The notes under the pieces: model-generated | Told to the model about the DNA's origin: nothing | Databases searched by the model: none | The model's input: the letters and a program-made list of their open reading frames with translations, nothing else | NCBI GenBank assembly: GCA_017499595.2 | Contig: CM039001.1 | Coordinates: forward strand, 248,001-312,000 | Origin: Psilocybe cubensis | Lineage: Eukaryota | Reading direction: 5' to 3' | Length of the DNA stretch: 64,000 nucleotides | Part shown: positions 23,886 through 36,238 of the stretch, piece after piece | Numbering within the stretch: position 1 is the stretch's first letter | Layout of the letters: each line of letters opens with the position of its first letter | Position numbers and translations under genes: made by a program

Positions 23886-26067
23886 ATGGCAGCTCCTCCG
23901 TATCCGGCTGAGAAATCTGGTTCCAAAGAACTCATCCCCGTCCCTGCCTACGATGAGAAGTTTGGTGACGAGAAGGTGGCCCACGGCGACGACATCTCGG
24001 GCGAGTTCCTCCCTGGTTCAGAGAATGTCACCCAGCATGACCTCGACACTTTGAGGCATGTTTCCGACAAGTTCCCTTATGCCGCTTGGTTGGTCGTCAT
24101 CGTTGAGTTTGCTGAACGGTATGTCGATCAAGATTTTATTTGTATTTGTTTCGAGACTGACCACCAATGTAGATGGTCGTACTACGGAACGACGAACATC
24201 TTCAACAACTATATCCGTGCCCCGCTACCAGCCGGTTCGAGGACAGGTGCTGTCATTTTCGACCGCGCCAACGGTGTGGCTGGTGCTCTGAATAAGAAAC
24301 AGCAAACGTCGTTTGCCATCCGTGAGCTCCATGTTTCTTACACAAATCTCCACACTCGCTGACATTCGCTGCCCTAATCATCAGGTACTTTTAACACCTT
24401 CTTTGTTTACTGCACACCATGGCTTGGAGGAATCCTTGCGGACACAGTTTGGGGTCGTTACAAGACGATCATGATCTTCTCTATTATTTGCCTGTGCGTT
24501 TACTTTTTCTTTCTCTGCCATCAAACAAATCTAAACCTTTTTTTAGTATCGGTCATATCATCCTTGTCGGTTCCGCGACGCCTGTTTCTTTAGAGAATGC
24601 CAACACTGCACTTGGTCTCCTCGTTTTGTCCATCACTATCATGGGATTGGGTGCTGGTTCAATCAAAGCCAACGTTTCACCTATGATTGCTGAACAATAT
24701 ACCGGTAAATTGCGCAAAGGTTAGTCGATTACCTCTCGTAATCTGTCATCTCTTGATTGAATTATTTTTTAGTTACCCTTCCTTCTGGCGAGCAGGTTAT
24801 TGTTTCGCCTGCCGTCACTATCCAAAGTATCTACCTCTGGTTTTATGCCGCTATCAATTTGGGATCCTGTGGAGCTATCTCCGCCTCTTTCCTCGCTCGC
24901 GACCATGGATATTGGGCGGCATACCTCGTCCCCACTGCAATCTTTGCTTTGGTACCTATCGTCCTCCTCGTTGGCAAGAACGTGTACGTCAAGACTCCTC
25001 CTCGCGGTTCAATTCTTTTGGAAACCATGCGCGTGATACGCATGTGCCTTGGCCCTGTCTGGTCTTTCAACCCCGTCCGAACTTACCGTAATGCTCAATC
25101 TTCCACCTTCTGGGATCCCGCCAAGAGATGTGAGTTGTGAAATTACTGGTGTACATTGGGCAGTATATTTATATATTACCGTTTCTAGCATCGTACGAGC
25201 AAGGCAAGGTTCCTGCGAACATTACCTGGGATGACGAATTTGTCGATGAAGTTTCGAGGACAGTTAAGGCCTGCAAGGTCTTCTTGTTCTTCCCTTTCTT
25301 CTGGCTGTGTAAGTTGTATATTTAATGCTATTCAGAGGTATGGCATTTATTTATGTCAATGTTTTACAGGCTACTCTCAAATCGACGGAAACTTGGGAAC
25401 TGTCGCTGCTTCCATGAAACTCGATGGTACACCTAACGATCTCATTCAGAACTTGAACCCTATCAGTATCATTATTATGATTCCCATTTTCGACTACGTC
25501 ATCTACCCTTTCCTCCGCAGAAGAGGTATCAACTTCACGCCCATCAAGCGCATCTTCACCGGTTTCATCGTCGCTGGTCTTGCCATGCTCTACGCCGCTG
25601 TCCTTCAGCACTTCATCTACAAGACATCGCCCTGCCACGACAACCTCCCCTCCGAGTGTGTATTCAAAGTCGGCGATGACGAGTTCCCCAACCCTTCCCC
25701 ACTGAACGTGTGGATTGTCTCCGGCCCGTACATCCTCGTCGGCATGTCTGAGATTTTCGCCTCCATCACCTCCCTGGAGTACGCCTTCACGAAGGCCCCA
25801 GTGCGCATGCGCTCCGTCGTCATGGCTTTCTCTCAGTTCCAAGTCGCGCTCTCCTCCGCCCTCAACTTCTCCCTGACTGCCGTCAACGTCGAGAACAGAT
25901 TCACTTGGCTCTTCGGCTCCTTCGGTGTCACCGCCTGGATCGTCGGTATCATCTTCTTCTTCACATTCCGCCAGCTTGATAGGGAAGAGGCTATTCTTAA
26001 CACCATCGGCCAGGGACCCCGTGCTGGTTTCGTCGATGAGCAGCAACAGTCTTCAGATGCCAAATAA
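23886..26067 (+). CDS. PTR2: POT/PTR-family di/tripeptide transporter
   Basis: ExxER motif VEFAER|WSYYG; GGILADTVWGRYKTI; GAGSIKANVSPMIAEQY; FYAAINLGS; PNDLIQNLNPI; SEIFASITSLEYAFTKAP; TATAAAT at about 23805. Confidence 0.93.
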
Positions 26068-27044
26068 ATTCTTCAAAAAAAATCACGAAAAGCTATTTTA
26101 TTTGGCGCGTTACGTTTCTTTCTTGTGTAGATTAAATAATGTTTTTATCACGTATATCACGGATCTGTGTTTTATTACGTACCTGTATATGTTCAGTGCT
26201 CCTTACACACACACCTCAGATTGTTTTGATCAACGCAATATAATGAACATGGCCTTGCGATTGTAAATTTTTGTGATCTTTCGATAACATTTTTTTGACA
26301 TGTCATTTTGGGTGAGGGTGGAAAAGTTGATAACTGTTTTGACACGAAACCCGAACAAAATCCAATGGCGAATCCTGCAGAAATCCCAGGTAGCTATTAT
26401 ATTGTCCTAATGACCCTCGAAAGATGGGAAGGTGGACATTTGCTGATTCCGACGGTGCCAATGTCTGATAACTACTGCCAACGGCGAAATTCCTGTCAAG
26501 GTTCCAAGATGCCGCAAAGGAATATAAATCATCTAGCTGACAATCATCACTTGACACGACAGTGGTCGACACAAGAAAAAGAAAACGCACATACGGTATC
26601 AAGAAGCACTGTCAATGCCACTTTCTTGATGTTTCAAGTTTACCTTATAGGTAGCGATGATGTTTTCCAACTGAGGAATCAAAACTTTCTCAGCCCGAGA
26701 CTGTGTATATAGCAAGGTATCTTTTGGAATCTCCCAATGGAGAATATCCCGGACGTCTGTCTTTCCTGTGGACAACTGAAGTCGTGGGTGTTTGAAGAGC
26801 AAAGAGCATTGGAGTGAGAAAATAGGAACGATACACAGGAAGATAACAGGAAGACAAGTTCAAGATGATCAAAAGTGAGAATACATTTATAGATACAATA
26901 GTAGTTTTGAGTATCGGGCATACACGTCATGACTGTCATGATCGTCAGGAACTCGACGAGAGTTCGCTCGTAAAAAGAGAAAAAGGATCTACATAGAGGC
27001 TACACACTTTCACAGTGTTTACAACAGTCTTTCTGATCAGACTT

Positions 27045-30000
27045 TCACTTGCGGAAGATGATCATCGAAATTGTCACAATGCCTGCAAGTGTGCCGACGA
27101 GGCCGACTACCGTCCACCTCGTATAATCCTCGAAAGCATGTTTGTGCGAGGAAGGATCTGTTACCGCCGCGCCACGTAATGTGTAGAGGACGATCGCAGT
27201 GATGAATGCAATGATAGAATATGCCAAAAAGACGACTGGAAGGGATATAGCCACAGATCTCCTCTGGATACCAAAGAGATAGAATTAGCATGGAAAATTG
27301 TCATAGAAAGTGTATCAAGTACCGAGATAATCATAAAGCCTTCGATTCCTACACTCGGTGGGCGTTCCAGATCCGCTTTATGCCTGAGGACAGCCACAGC
27401 CGTGGCCACCATCGTGAACGTTGCGAAGAGAACGGCAACCATGCCCGCAGTCCGCGCCCAAGAGTCCAAGCCTGGCAAAGAGAGGAAGGTTACCGACGCG
27501 CTCAAGACAATCGCAGCCTTGCGTGGAAAAGAAAAAAAGGTCGGTAATATGTTCTCTTTCATTGAAAATGATAGAAATTTGGTCGAAGAAGGGGAATGGG
27601 GTTTATGGCTAAAAGGAATAGAAGCTCACCACAAGGCATGTACATGCTCCAATGAGAACCATCGGACTCGCGCTACGCATCATTCCAGACTCCTCGTCAA
27701 TGCGAGCCGAGAGACGCGCCCTTTCAATGAATAGGTACGGTATTCCCAGACATAAACACGAGACAACGAAGTCGAAAAGGGCCCTGGTGAAGGGGCGACG
27801 AGGAGGCGGCGCAAGTTGGGGTCCTTTACTGACATCCGTTGGCAGGGGCTTGTTGGGCCGGAAGTAGGTTTGACGCCATTGAGCTATTAGTATCGATTAG
27901 TTAAAAGTCGACACACAAACACATCGATGCGACTAACCAACGCGAAGGAGAATCCTTGCGACGACGCGGGTTTGTATGCCGTTATCGCCGTGGTGATCTT
28001 AACACAAAGAAACGTTGGCACTGAGTCTGTTCTGCACAAGTAAGGGCTTACCATGTCCAAAAGACTTGAGAAGGTTCATCAATTCTTGACATTCTTCTTG
28101 TTTGAAAGGCGAGGGAATGGCACGAGCCGCTGAAGGAAGGAGACGATCTAGAAAGCCAATTTAACGCATGATTATTTTTTTTTTGCCAAGTGGCTTACCA
28201 GTCCATGCCCAGGTCAGTATGTCCATAGCTTCTTTTTTGGAATTGATAGGCAATGAGCAATGAGCGGGATACACCTCCATGAAAGACCAGAAACGATATT
28301 CGAGGTCAAGTTCTGCGACATATTAGTACTCAGAATGATGAAAAAAAAGTGATTACGAACGATCTTCGTGAGTTGCCTTCGATGAAGAACTCGTATGCTT
28401 TTTGCCTTTTCCGTGTACGTGCCCAACAGTATGTAAATGGTGATCTTCTGCGTCGTCTTTCACCACAGTTCGCACATTATGATCCACCCAATACCTCTCG
28501 AAGTAGAAGGTCAGTGAACCTCCTTTCCCCTTTCCAGAGGCACCAGATTTGCGAACAGGGGCTTGAACTTGCACGCCACCCGTTTTCTTCTTGCCAACGT
28601 TCTTGACTTCTCGCAACCATGCCTCGATGCCAGCAAGGTTTTCGTTATCACCATCCCGGCCTTTCCTTTCGTCCAACCACAGCTCAACTGCCTCCAACAG
28701 GGTTTCAGAGCGCAGGTTCACATCCGTTGTCACCTTGCGGGTAGGGTGTACGTAGTAAACTGTCCCATCTGGGAGACTATACTCCAGCCAGCCGAGCTCG
28801 TGCAACTTGAGTTGGTCACATGCGCCATAGTTGCGTTTACTGCTGTTGATGAGGTCCCATGACGTCGATGGTGCTGCAAGAGGAGAAATCGATGCGTGAT
28901 TGGCGGGGGTGAATGCGCCAGATGTATGAAGATGAGTGTGTGCGCCCCCATTGTGACTATGGACCTTCTTGCTAGGAGATACAGGGCGCGAAAGAAGCGG
29001 AAGACGCTCGCTAAAGAGAATGAAATGGATCAGAGATTTACATTTTATCTCGACAGCGAAATGAATCTACTCACTCTGTCTCCAAGTTCGGACCATGCCC
29101 GTTACCCTGCCCATATGCCGATTGCGTTGAAGGAACCCTGTGAATGGAGCTGAAGGAGGTACATTGATGGGCATTTAAAGCTAAAGCTAAGAATGGAGAA
29201 TAGTTACCTTGAGGGTATGACCTCGTTGAATGGCGGTAAAGGCATAACAATGGTGCCTTTGACGTCTTCATGAGAAGGAACTGGCATTTGAGGATGCGTC
29301 TCGGGTATCAATCTGGAAATGTTTCCATAGATTATGATTGGGATTTTGTTTGAAAATTGGGAGAAACTTACGGTTCATGGACAGCATCACCCAAAGTAGT
29401 GTCTGTAGCTACAATTGCAGGAATTGGGTCGGCGAATGGATCGGTGTATTCAGGTTCGGGATGAGGGTTGGGCATTCTACATGAATATCATCAGCTTGAC
29501 TTTAATCGAACATTGTGAGACAGAAACGTACTCTATGCTCGACTGTCGACTGATACTTTCTGCCTCGTGAACAACAGGAATTGGGATAGGGGTCACTGAG
29601 CTACGAGCTGGTGGCGCATCCTCATGCTGCTGTGGTTGAGGAAAGTCTGGTGCTTGTTGCACTGGTTGAGATTGCATAACATCTCCACCCCATACAGCAT
29701 GTCCATCATCCATGGTCATATACGACGGAAGCGAATCGTGATAGACAGGAACGGTAGGTGTTGGCGCAAGAATTTCGGCCACAACTTGTCGTTCGGGCTC
29801 TGGTTGCGATTGTGCAGTATCCTCAGCTTCATGAACAACCTCTGGTACAGGAACGGCCGCCTCATCATGGATTGGAGTGACCGGCTCCGGTTCAGGAGGA
29901 TGATCTGGTACGAAAGTCGGGACCGATGGTTCTTGGCGGGACAAATCGGTTGGAGGCTCGACTTCAACAGATGGCTCTGCAACAGGCATGCCAGGACCAC

Positions 30001-30880
30001 TGTTATACTGAGCTGCTTCACCCTGGTCTGCTACAGGCTCCGCCACGGATGGCTCAACCTCAAAGTCTAGGATGCTCTCCACTATCGGTTTGTCAAAATA
30101 CGAGTGGCTGGCCTCTGTAGGTTGAACGGGTTCCGGTGCATCTTCTTCCTTAATTGGAGCAGGAGATTCAGCTAGGGGAAGCGGAACCTCGACTGGGACA
30201 GAAGGTTCAACAGCTGGTACTACCTCGGCGACGGGAGCGACCTCCGGAGTTGAGGCCGCTGGAACCTCATCCACAACCTCTCTAGCCTCTGCAACAGGAG
30301 CCACAGGAAGCTCCTCGACAACTTGTGCAACCTCCGCAACAGGAGCTGGCTGGCTGGGAGGGCTAGGTGCGAAAGGATCTTTGACGACGTCGGCTTGAGG
30401 AAGTGATTCTGTGATGTCGGTGAATGCTCCAGGGTTTCCAGCGGTAGAATCGATGACCGGGGGAGGGATGTATCCAGTTGGGCTCGTCTGTTCTTCTTCA
30501 GGAGCTTTAGCAGGTGGTGGAGCGGCCATCTCGACAGGTTCCTCTGTGACTACAGGCGCGACAGTCTGTTGAGCTAGAGGCGAAGGTCCAACGGCAGGCT
30601 CTGGTTCCGTTGTCGCAGCGGCCTCTCTTGCTGGGCTTTCTGCAATGGGGGTGGGTAGTTTTTGCTGGACACCCGGAGGTGGAGGGGATAATGTAATGGG
30701 CTGAGGAACAATTTCCCTGGAAGTTGAACGTCTGAGGGAAACAGAGTCGCTGTCTCTGCCAACACCCTCAGAGGGTGTACCAGGACGAGAGATCGCAAGC
30801 ACAGTTGATGCACGACGCATGACCCCTCCCATGCGCCCCCATCGTGACTTTCCCGCCGGGGTAGACGGTGCGCTGCTCAT
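27045..30880 (-). CDS. Large multi-exon protein: Pro/Glu/Ala-rich disordered N-terminus, WW-like domain, C-terminal multi-pass transmembrane region
   Basis: The 467-aa first exon splices in frame through short exons to ETDERLPLL, then GWLEYSLPDGTVYYVHPTRKVTTD (WW-like), YRFWSFMEVYPAH, PSPFKQEECQELMNLL and hydrophobic helices ending IIFRK*. Confidence 0.8.
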
Positions 30881-32155
30881 CGATATAGTTTAGAGGTGCA
30901 GGGGCAATAGATAAAGAAAGTAGTAGTCGGATCTATGCTGTCCAGGCAGGATGGTCTTGCAACGGTAAGCGATGTGTTGAGAATGAAAGTTTGGAGGAGA
31001 GCAGGGTCATGTACTATGCATTATCAATGGCATGCCAGGCGGTTTCGTCGAGGCTTGGATGCAGAGGGGTGTGATAACCGGCCGAAGAGTTTGAAAGGTG
31101 AGATTTTCTCTGTCCTGCAGGTGATGGAAGTCTACACGTTGTCAGATTCCATGAATTCATGTTAATCTGATAGCAGCCGTCTTCGGCGAACGCGACGTTT
31201 TGGCGAACCCCAAGCAGTCGGTTCGCACTTTCTCGGCAAGCCGTACTATTATCCGCCTAGAACATACGTTAGGACAAAAGATTGGCGTAAGAACCCGCCA
31301 CAATAAGGCGTATTGATCACAGGCCCGACAACACGAGGCCATAAAGTTCGCCTTGAAGGAACTTCGTTGTGATTGAATGGAGAGAAAACGCGTTCTGCTG
31401 CGGGTGAAACGTAAGAGCGAAATGCCTCGTTGGAAACACGCGTTCGATCTCCTTCGCCTGTCCAAATCACATGACGAAGGAGCGCGAAGGCGCAGGGCGA
31501 TGCAAGGGCGATGGCGTGAACGAGAAACCAAGATTGCCACCACAATCAGGTAATAACCCAAGTCTGATAAAAACAAGTTTTACGGACTAACGTTCTGCTG
31601 AGCTGACACGTATGTATCTTCGAACTGTTTATTGGTTTTGGAATTGGTTATTGTGACCTGTGTAGAGGAGGTGAAAGTCCCAACAGTCGAAAGAAGGTGA
31701 GTAGATTGAGTGAGTAGATTGTTCGTTGGTGGTAAAGTTAAAGAGTTTCATTTTGTATTCTGTGGGACGATAAAACATCAAACACTTCAGGTCAAAGATG
31801 CGAGCTCTACTCAAGCAGTCAGAGAAAACTTGAACTAGCATATATGAACAACGTGGGATCACCGTATGATATTGATCATATTGATATTCATGTATGCAAC
31901 GATAGAGTCCTGACGTTCATTGAATAACGATGTCAAATAGTCGTATCTTGGCTGTTTCCTGGCGCCTGTAAGGATCTTCGCGCTTTGTATGTCGGAGGAG
32001 TGACCAGTTAACTCGTGGTTCCTGAATGGAGAATAAGAACGTGGGTTTAAGCGAAAGACCTCGACAACCCATGAATCCGCCCTCCACAGTTCTAAACTAG
32101 CGACATATTGTTATCCAACAATCGCAGTTGGCAAGTAAGGCCTATCAGTTGGAAT

Positions 32156-32184
32156 TCAAGCTTCAAGCTTCAAGCCTCAAGCTT
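32156..32184. repeat. (TTCAAGC) about x4 short tandem repeat
   Basis: ttcaagcttcaagcttcaagcctcaagct read directly. Confidence 0.7.
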
Positions 32185-35100
32185 CGGTGACAGTCGTCAT
32201 GTCTGACTTCAGTGATAAGGGCAGTTATTCGTTCTGATTCTATAGATCGATAGAGAGTAAATTGGAGAAAGCTTGAGTGTCAGAGAACTTGGTGACCATA
32301 GACGTCGCAGTTGACATTGCAATGGCTCGATAGCTGGGGTGTTCTCGGCACGTGACCTTCGACGCGCTGACGCGTGGCAGAAAGGTTTTGGGTGGGTTTA
32401 GCCAGCATACAGTCTCTCACGGTTATGCTTCAGAAAATCACGTTTAAACATGAAGAAAATTTTCTACTCCTATACACTACCGCTTAACGGAGCTTCACCG
32501 CTAATTAATCCAATATCTCGATAATAGACTGTGTTTTTGAATCGAGTGTGTTAACCCAGTGCCTAATAGCCACGAACTTGGCTGTCTATGTCACTTTCAA
32601 AGAATTGGTGGGATACAATATAAGCTTGTAACAAAATGCAATGAAAGGCATAAAAAATCTTGAGAAATATCCAGTGTGAATGTCTTTTCCTCACTATACC
32701 TATTTAATTTAACATTATAGCAGAAGTATTATAGTGTGTACTATCATGCAGCTTCGTTAAAATGAGCGATTTAATTCATACCTTCTTCTATATGACATTG
32801 GTATCAGCCAAACTCAGAAGCAGAACCTTTTGGAAATTGTGATCCTACAGAACCCAGCGCCCATTCCGGCCGCCCAGGCAATGTATAATATGCTAGACCG
32901 TGGGCGCAATCTGTCAGTATTAACGGACAGATCTTATTCTGAGTCTCGCAGTAGATACTCCACCAGGCAAATCACTATATTCTGACAACTCTCGTCCCTT
33001 ACCATAGACACGATACGTTGGGCTCGTCTCAATGATGATTGGGGCGTATCCCCCATTCCGAAAAAATCCCGAGTTCTAAAAGCATCTCACCGTATTTTTA
33101 GGATATGTCCAAACCTTTACATAGGCCCCACATACGTTAACTCGGAAATGCAGTGCTCTCACGGAAGTATATCATACTGTAACATCGGATCGCAAGACAA
33201 CTATGGCAGCTGGTAAGGGGTATATGGCTGCTCGACATATGGATAAAAGGGCCAAATTCCTGGGTTTTGCTGGAATATGGGTCTACAGATTAGCATCCAG
33301 TGTATTGGACCAATTGTGTAGTTACTGACTCGTTACGCTACCGCAGCAAACCGCACTATAATTGTCATGCTTGACAGCCTGAGTCGCAAGCATAGGCGAA
33401 GTTTGGACATCTTATGCTGCGAGCAGGTGGGCATTGTGTCTAGGTCCGGTTATTATTTGAGCGGCCACAACGAAATCTGACGAAAATTCCGATGGAATAT
33501 TGGGATCACGGGCAATTCACAATATAGTGGGAGGTAAACCTTCGCTAAGCTCAACACATATAGTACGCAAGTCTGAATAATTTTCATTACCGTCGAATTT
33601 TTTCACCTTCTTTGAAAATGGTCGGAAAACAGGACCAATAAATCGAATTCTGACTTTTTGTCCCACAAGTTTACGAATCTTAAAGTTTAAATTTATAACA
33701 CATGGGAGATGCACCTACAATTCTCACCATCACCTCGTGCCTGATGGACAATGATTATAGTCTATACGCGCAATCTGTTTCGCCTCAGGTTTTATAGATT
33801 CGTTTTAGGGCTTTGGGCGATAGGTAACCGAACTCCCAATTCAAAATGCAGCAAGTTTGTTGCTCGACATATTGTCTATGTCATTCTGTTCAATGTTAGC
33901 CCGGCGCCTATGTGGCTGGCGGGCTTCTAAAATTGACAGCCTTCACGACGGCATTCCGTCTACCCATAAACATCTGGACATACTAAGGAAAGGTAATACG
34001 CTCTTCTGATAAAATTACACGTTCATTTATCCTAAACCCCTCAATATCATGCTAAGATTCATCTGAGGTTTCTTTCGCATGATAATGAAGGCGAACCCCA
34101 TGGCCGAAGGATGACACAGCCAGACACAATTATAGCATAACAAAACACTTCATCAAATCCACCTTTCGGTGTATATCTGTGTATATCGTATTGTCCGTAG
34201 GACTTCATCAAGAATATTCTCCAAGATTGTAGTGAATAATGACAGGATTATCTCTACCCAGTAAAGCGACGGAATCCTTGGAGTCCTTCAAGTTTCCCAA
34301 GCATATTCCACAATTCTGGTTGCACTGGCATCATGATACATATTAACACGAGTTGCCTGCGGTCTACTTCATTGCGAGCGATGGTCCGGTGTTTGATTTC
34401 AGATATCTATGAGCATGAGAAATTTCCCTCGGTACCTCTAGGAAGAACACTTGCAAAATATGAATTTTGATCTGGGGACATACTTCATAACGAGTCCTTG
34501 ACCGAACGGGTCTCCAGCGGCAAAGATTTCATGATTTTACTGCTTCTTCCAGGATTTAATCGATTCGGGCTTGAACATGGCCGATACATGGCGATAGAGC
34601 TGGGTTGGACTGGAAGATGTTTGGGTGCCTGATTTGAGTTTAGCTTTGATACGAGGATGAGCGCTCTCTGAGAGTACATTGAAAGCATATGGGTGCTTGA
34701 CGGATTGCCTTGCGTAGAATTCAAGTGATATGCGCGCACATCTAATCATTCTAAAGGCGATGAATCTAATCATAATTACTATCCTAAATCAAACTAGAAA
34801 ACTGGCTAAAACAAAAGCAACATGAAAGCAAAAGTACTGCGGGGTTTTTACCCAAAGGACAGGTAAACGATAGAAAACAAGTAGGTATATGGTTACATGC
34901 GAAGAAAAGACTATACTAGTAGTAATTATCATAGGTCTATGGGGAGTAAGAATACAGGTACAAAAAGGGTCTACATCAAGTTTACAAAATGATATTAACG
35001 ATGCTGAAGAGAATGATTGGTTGAGATTGAGATGGTATACTGATTATTATTTGCTGAGATGACCTCCAATTGTCGAAAGCAAAGGAAGCATCCCGTGGCA

Positions 35101-35281
35101 GTGGCATTAAGAATGTGAAGGTGTTCGGAGCATAAGCCTGGCGTCCGGTGTTTCTTTCCGGCGAGAGTGAGTGGCTAGAGATAAAGAGATGATAGAGACA
35201 TTCAGAGGTTATGATGGATGGATGGTGGGTCGGGATCGTGTAAGAAAACGACCTCAAAGCATATGGTGCTGAGGCTCGTTA

Positions 35282-36238
35282 TTAATCACCCCAACTCACG
35301 GTCATAGGACTGACGTCGATTAATTTGAACACTTTCGAAGTCATACCAATCTGGGATTCTGATCAATGCTAAGGCTCTATGAAGTTTCGAAATATGCACA
35401 TACTGGAACTTGCTCATTGTCAGAACGATTATTGGATTCAGAGAACGTTGCGCGCGTTGGAGTAGCCATAGAAGATTCATCTTGAAGCTGGGCCTTGTGA
35501 TGCATGGATGATGGGATCCCAGAGGGTACAAGACCTCTTTCACGCGTCCTACCCCGATACTGTGTGTCTGTGTATCCAACTAAACGAACGTTCAGTATGG
35601 GGGTGGGTCTAGCATGTTCCACAACGTCGGAACGATACGGATAGATGCTTGATCCAGCAGCACGTAAATTGGAAGGGGAAAGAGAACGGCTGGTAGTTCT
35701 TCGCCCATAGATGTTTCCTAGCGTACCGTATTCATCCCTTTGTCTACGGCGATCTGAGTCCCTGTATGGAGAGAAATCGGAATAATCTGCATAGCGACGA
35801 CGGTCATGTTGACCATCGAAAGATCTAGACGTCGAGCGAGATACAGATTGCTGGGGTTCAGGGAGTACTTGGTTGTGAAGATTGAACGGAATTTGAGAAG
35901 CTACATTAACCATTTTACTAGAAAGCCACAGCGTCAGATTGAACGAATAGTGTGATGCCGAGGATGTGACTAACCCCTCTTTTGCGCGAACCACATCGCT
36001 GAGGCGCTCTTGTAGTTTCTTGTAATCGATTTGAGTAATATGTGAGCTGCGCAGATATCACAATCAAAACATCGAAAAAAAACATATGAAAGTCTTTGAA
36101 AACATACTATATGACTTGAGGAGATTCATCAATGGTTGGGGGTATCAAACGTGATGACTCATCGTAACCCAAGTCCTGAGTGTCATCTTTGGAGGTCTCG
36201 CAGCAGCAAAAAAAGTTCTTCAGAACTACAAGCGCCAT
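35282..36238 (-). CDS. LAMTOR1/Ego1(Meh1)-like vacuolar anchor protein, 4 exons
   Basis: MALVVLKNFFCCCE (Cys cluster); DESSRLI acidic dileucine-type motif; helix KLQERLSDVVRAKEG|KMVNVASQ resembling the LAMTOR motif; Ser/Arg-rich tail; ends SPMTVSWGD*. Confidence 0.6.

Noticed and set aside
32199-32237. ATG-TCT-GAC (MSD...) start checked as an MSDIN cyclic-peptide precursor
   Set aside because: Reads MSDFSDKGSYSF*; lacks the INATRLP leader and the follower sequence
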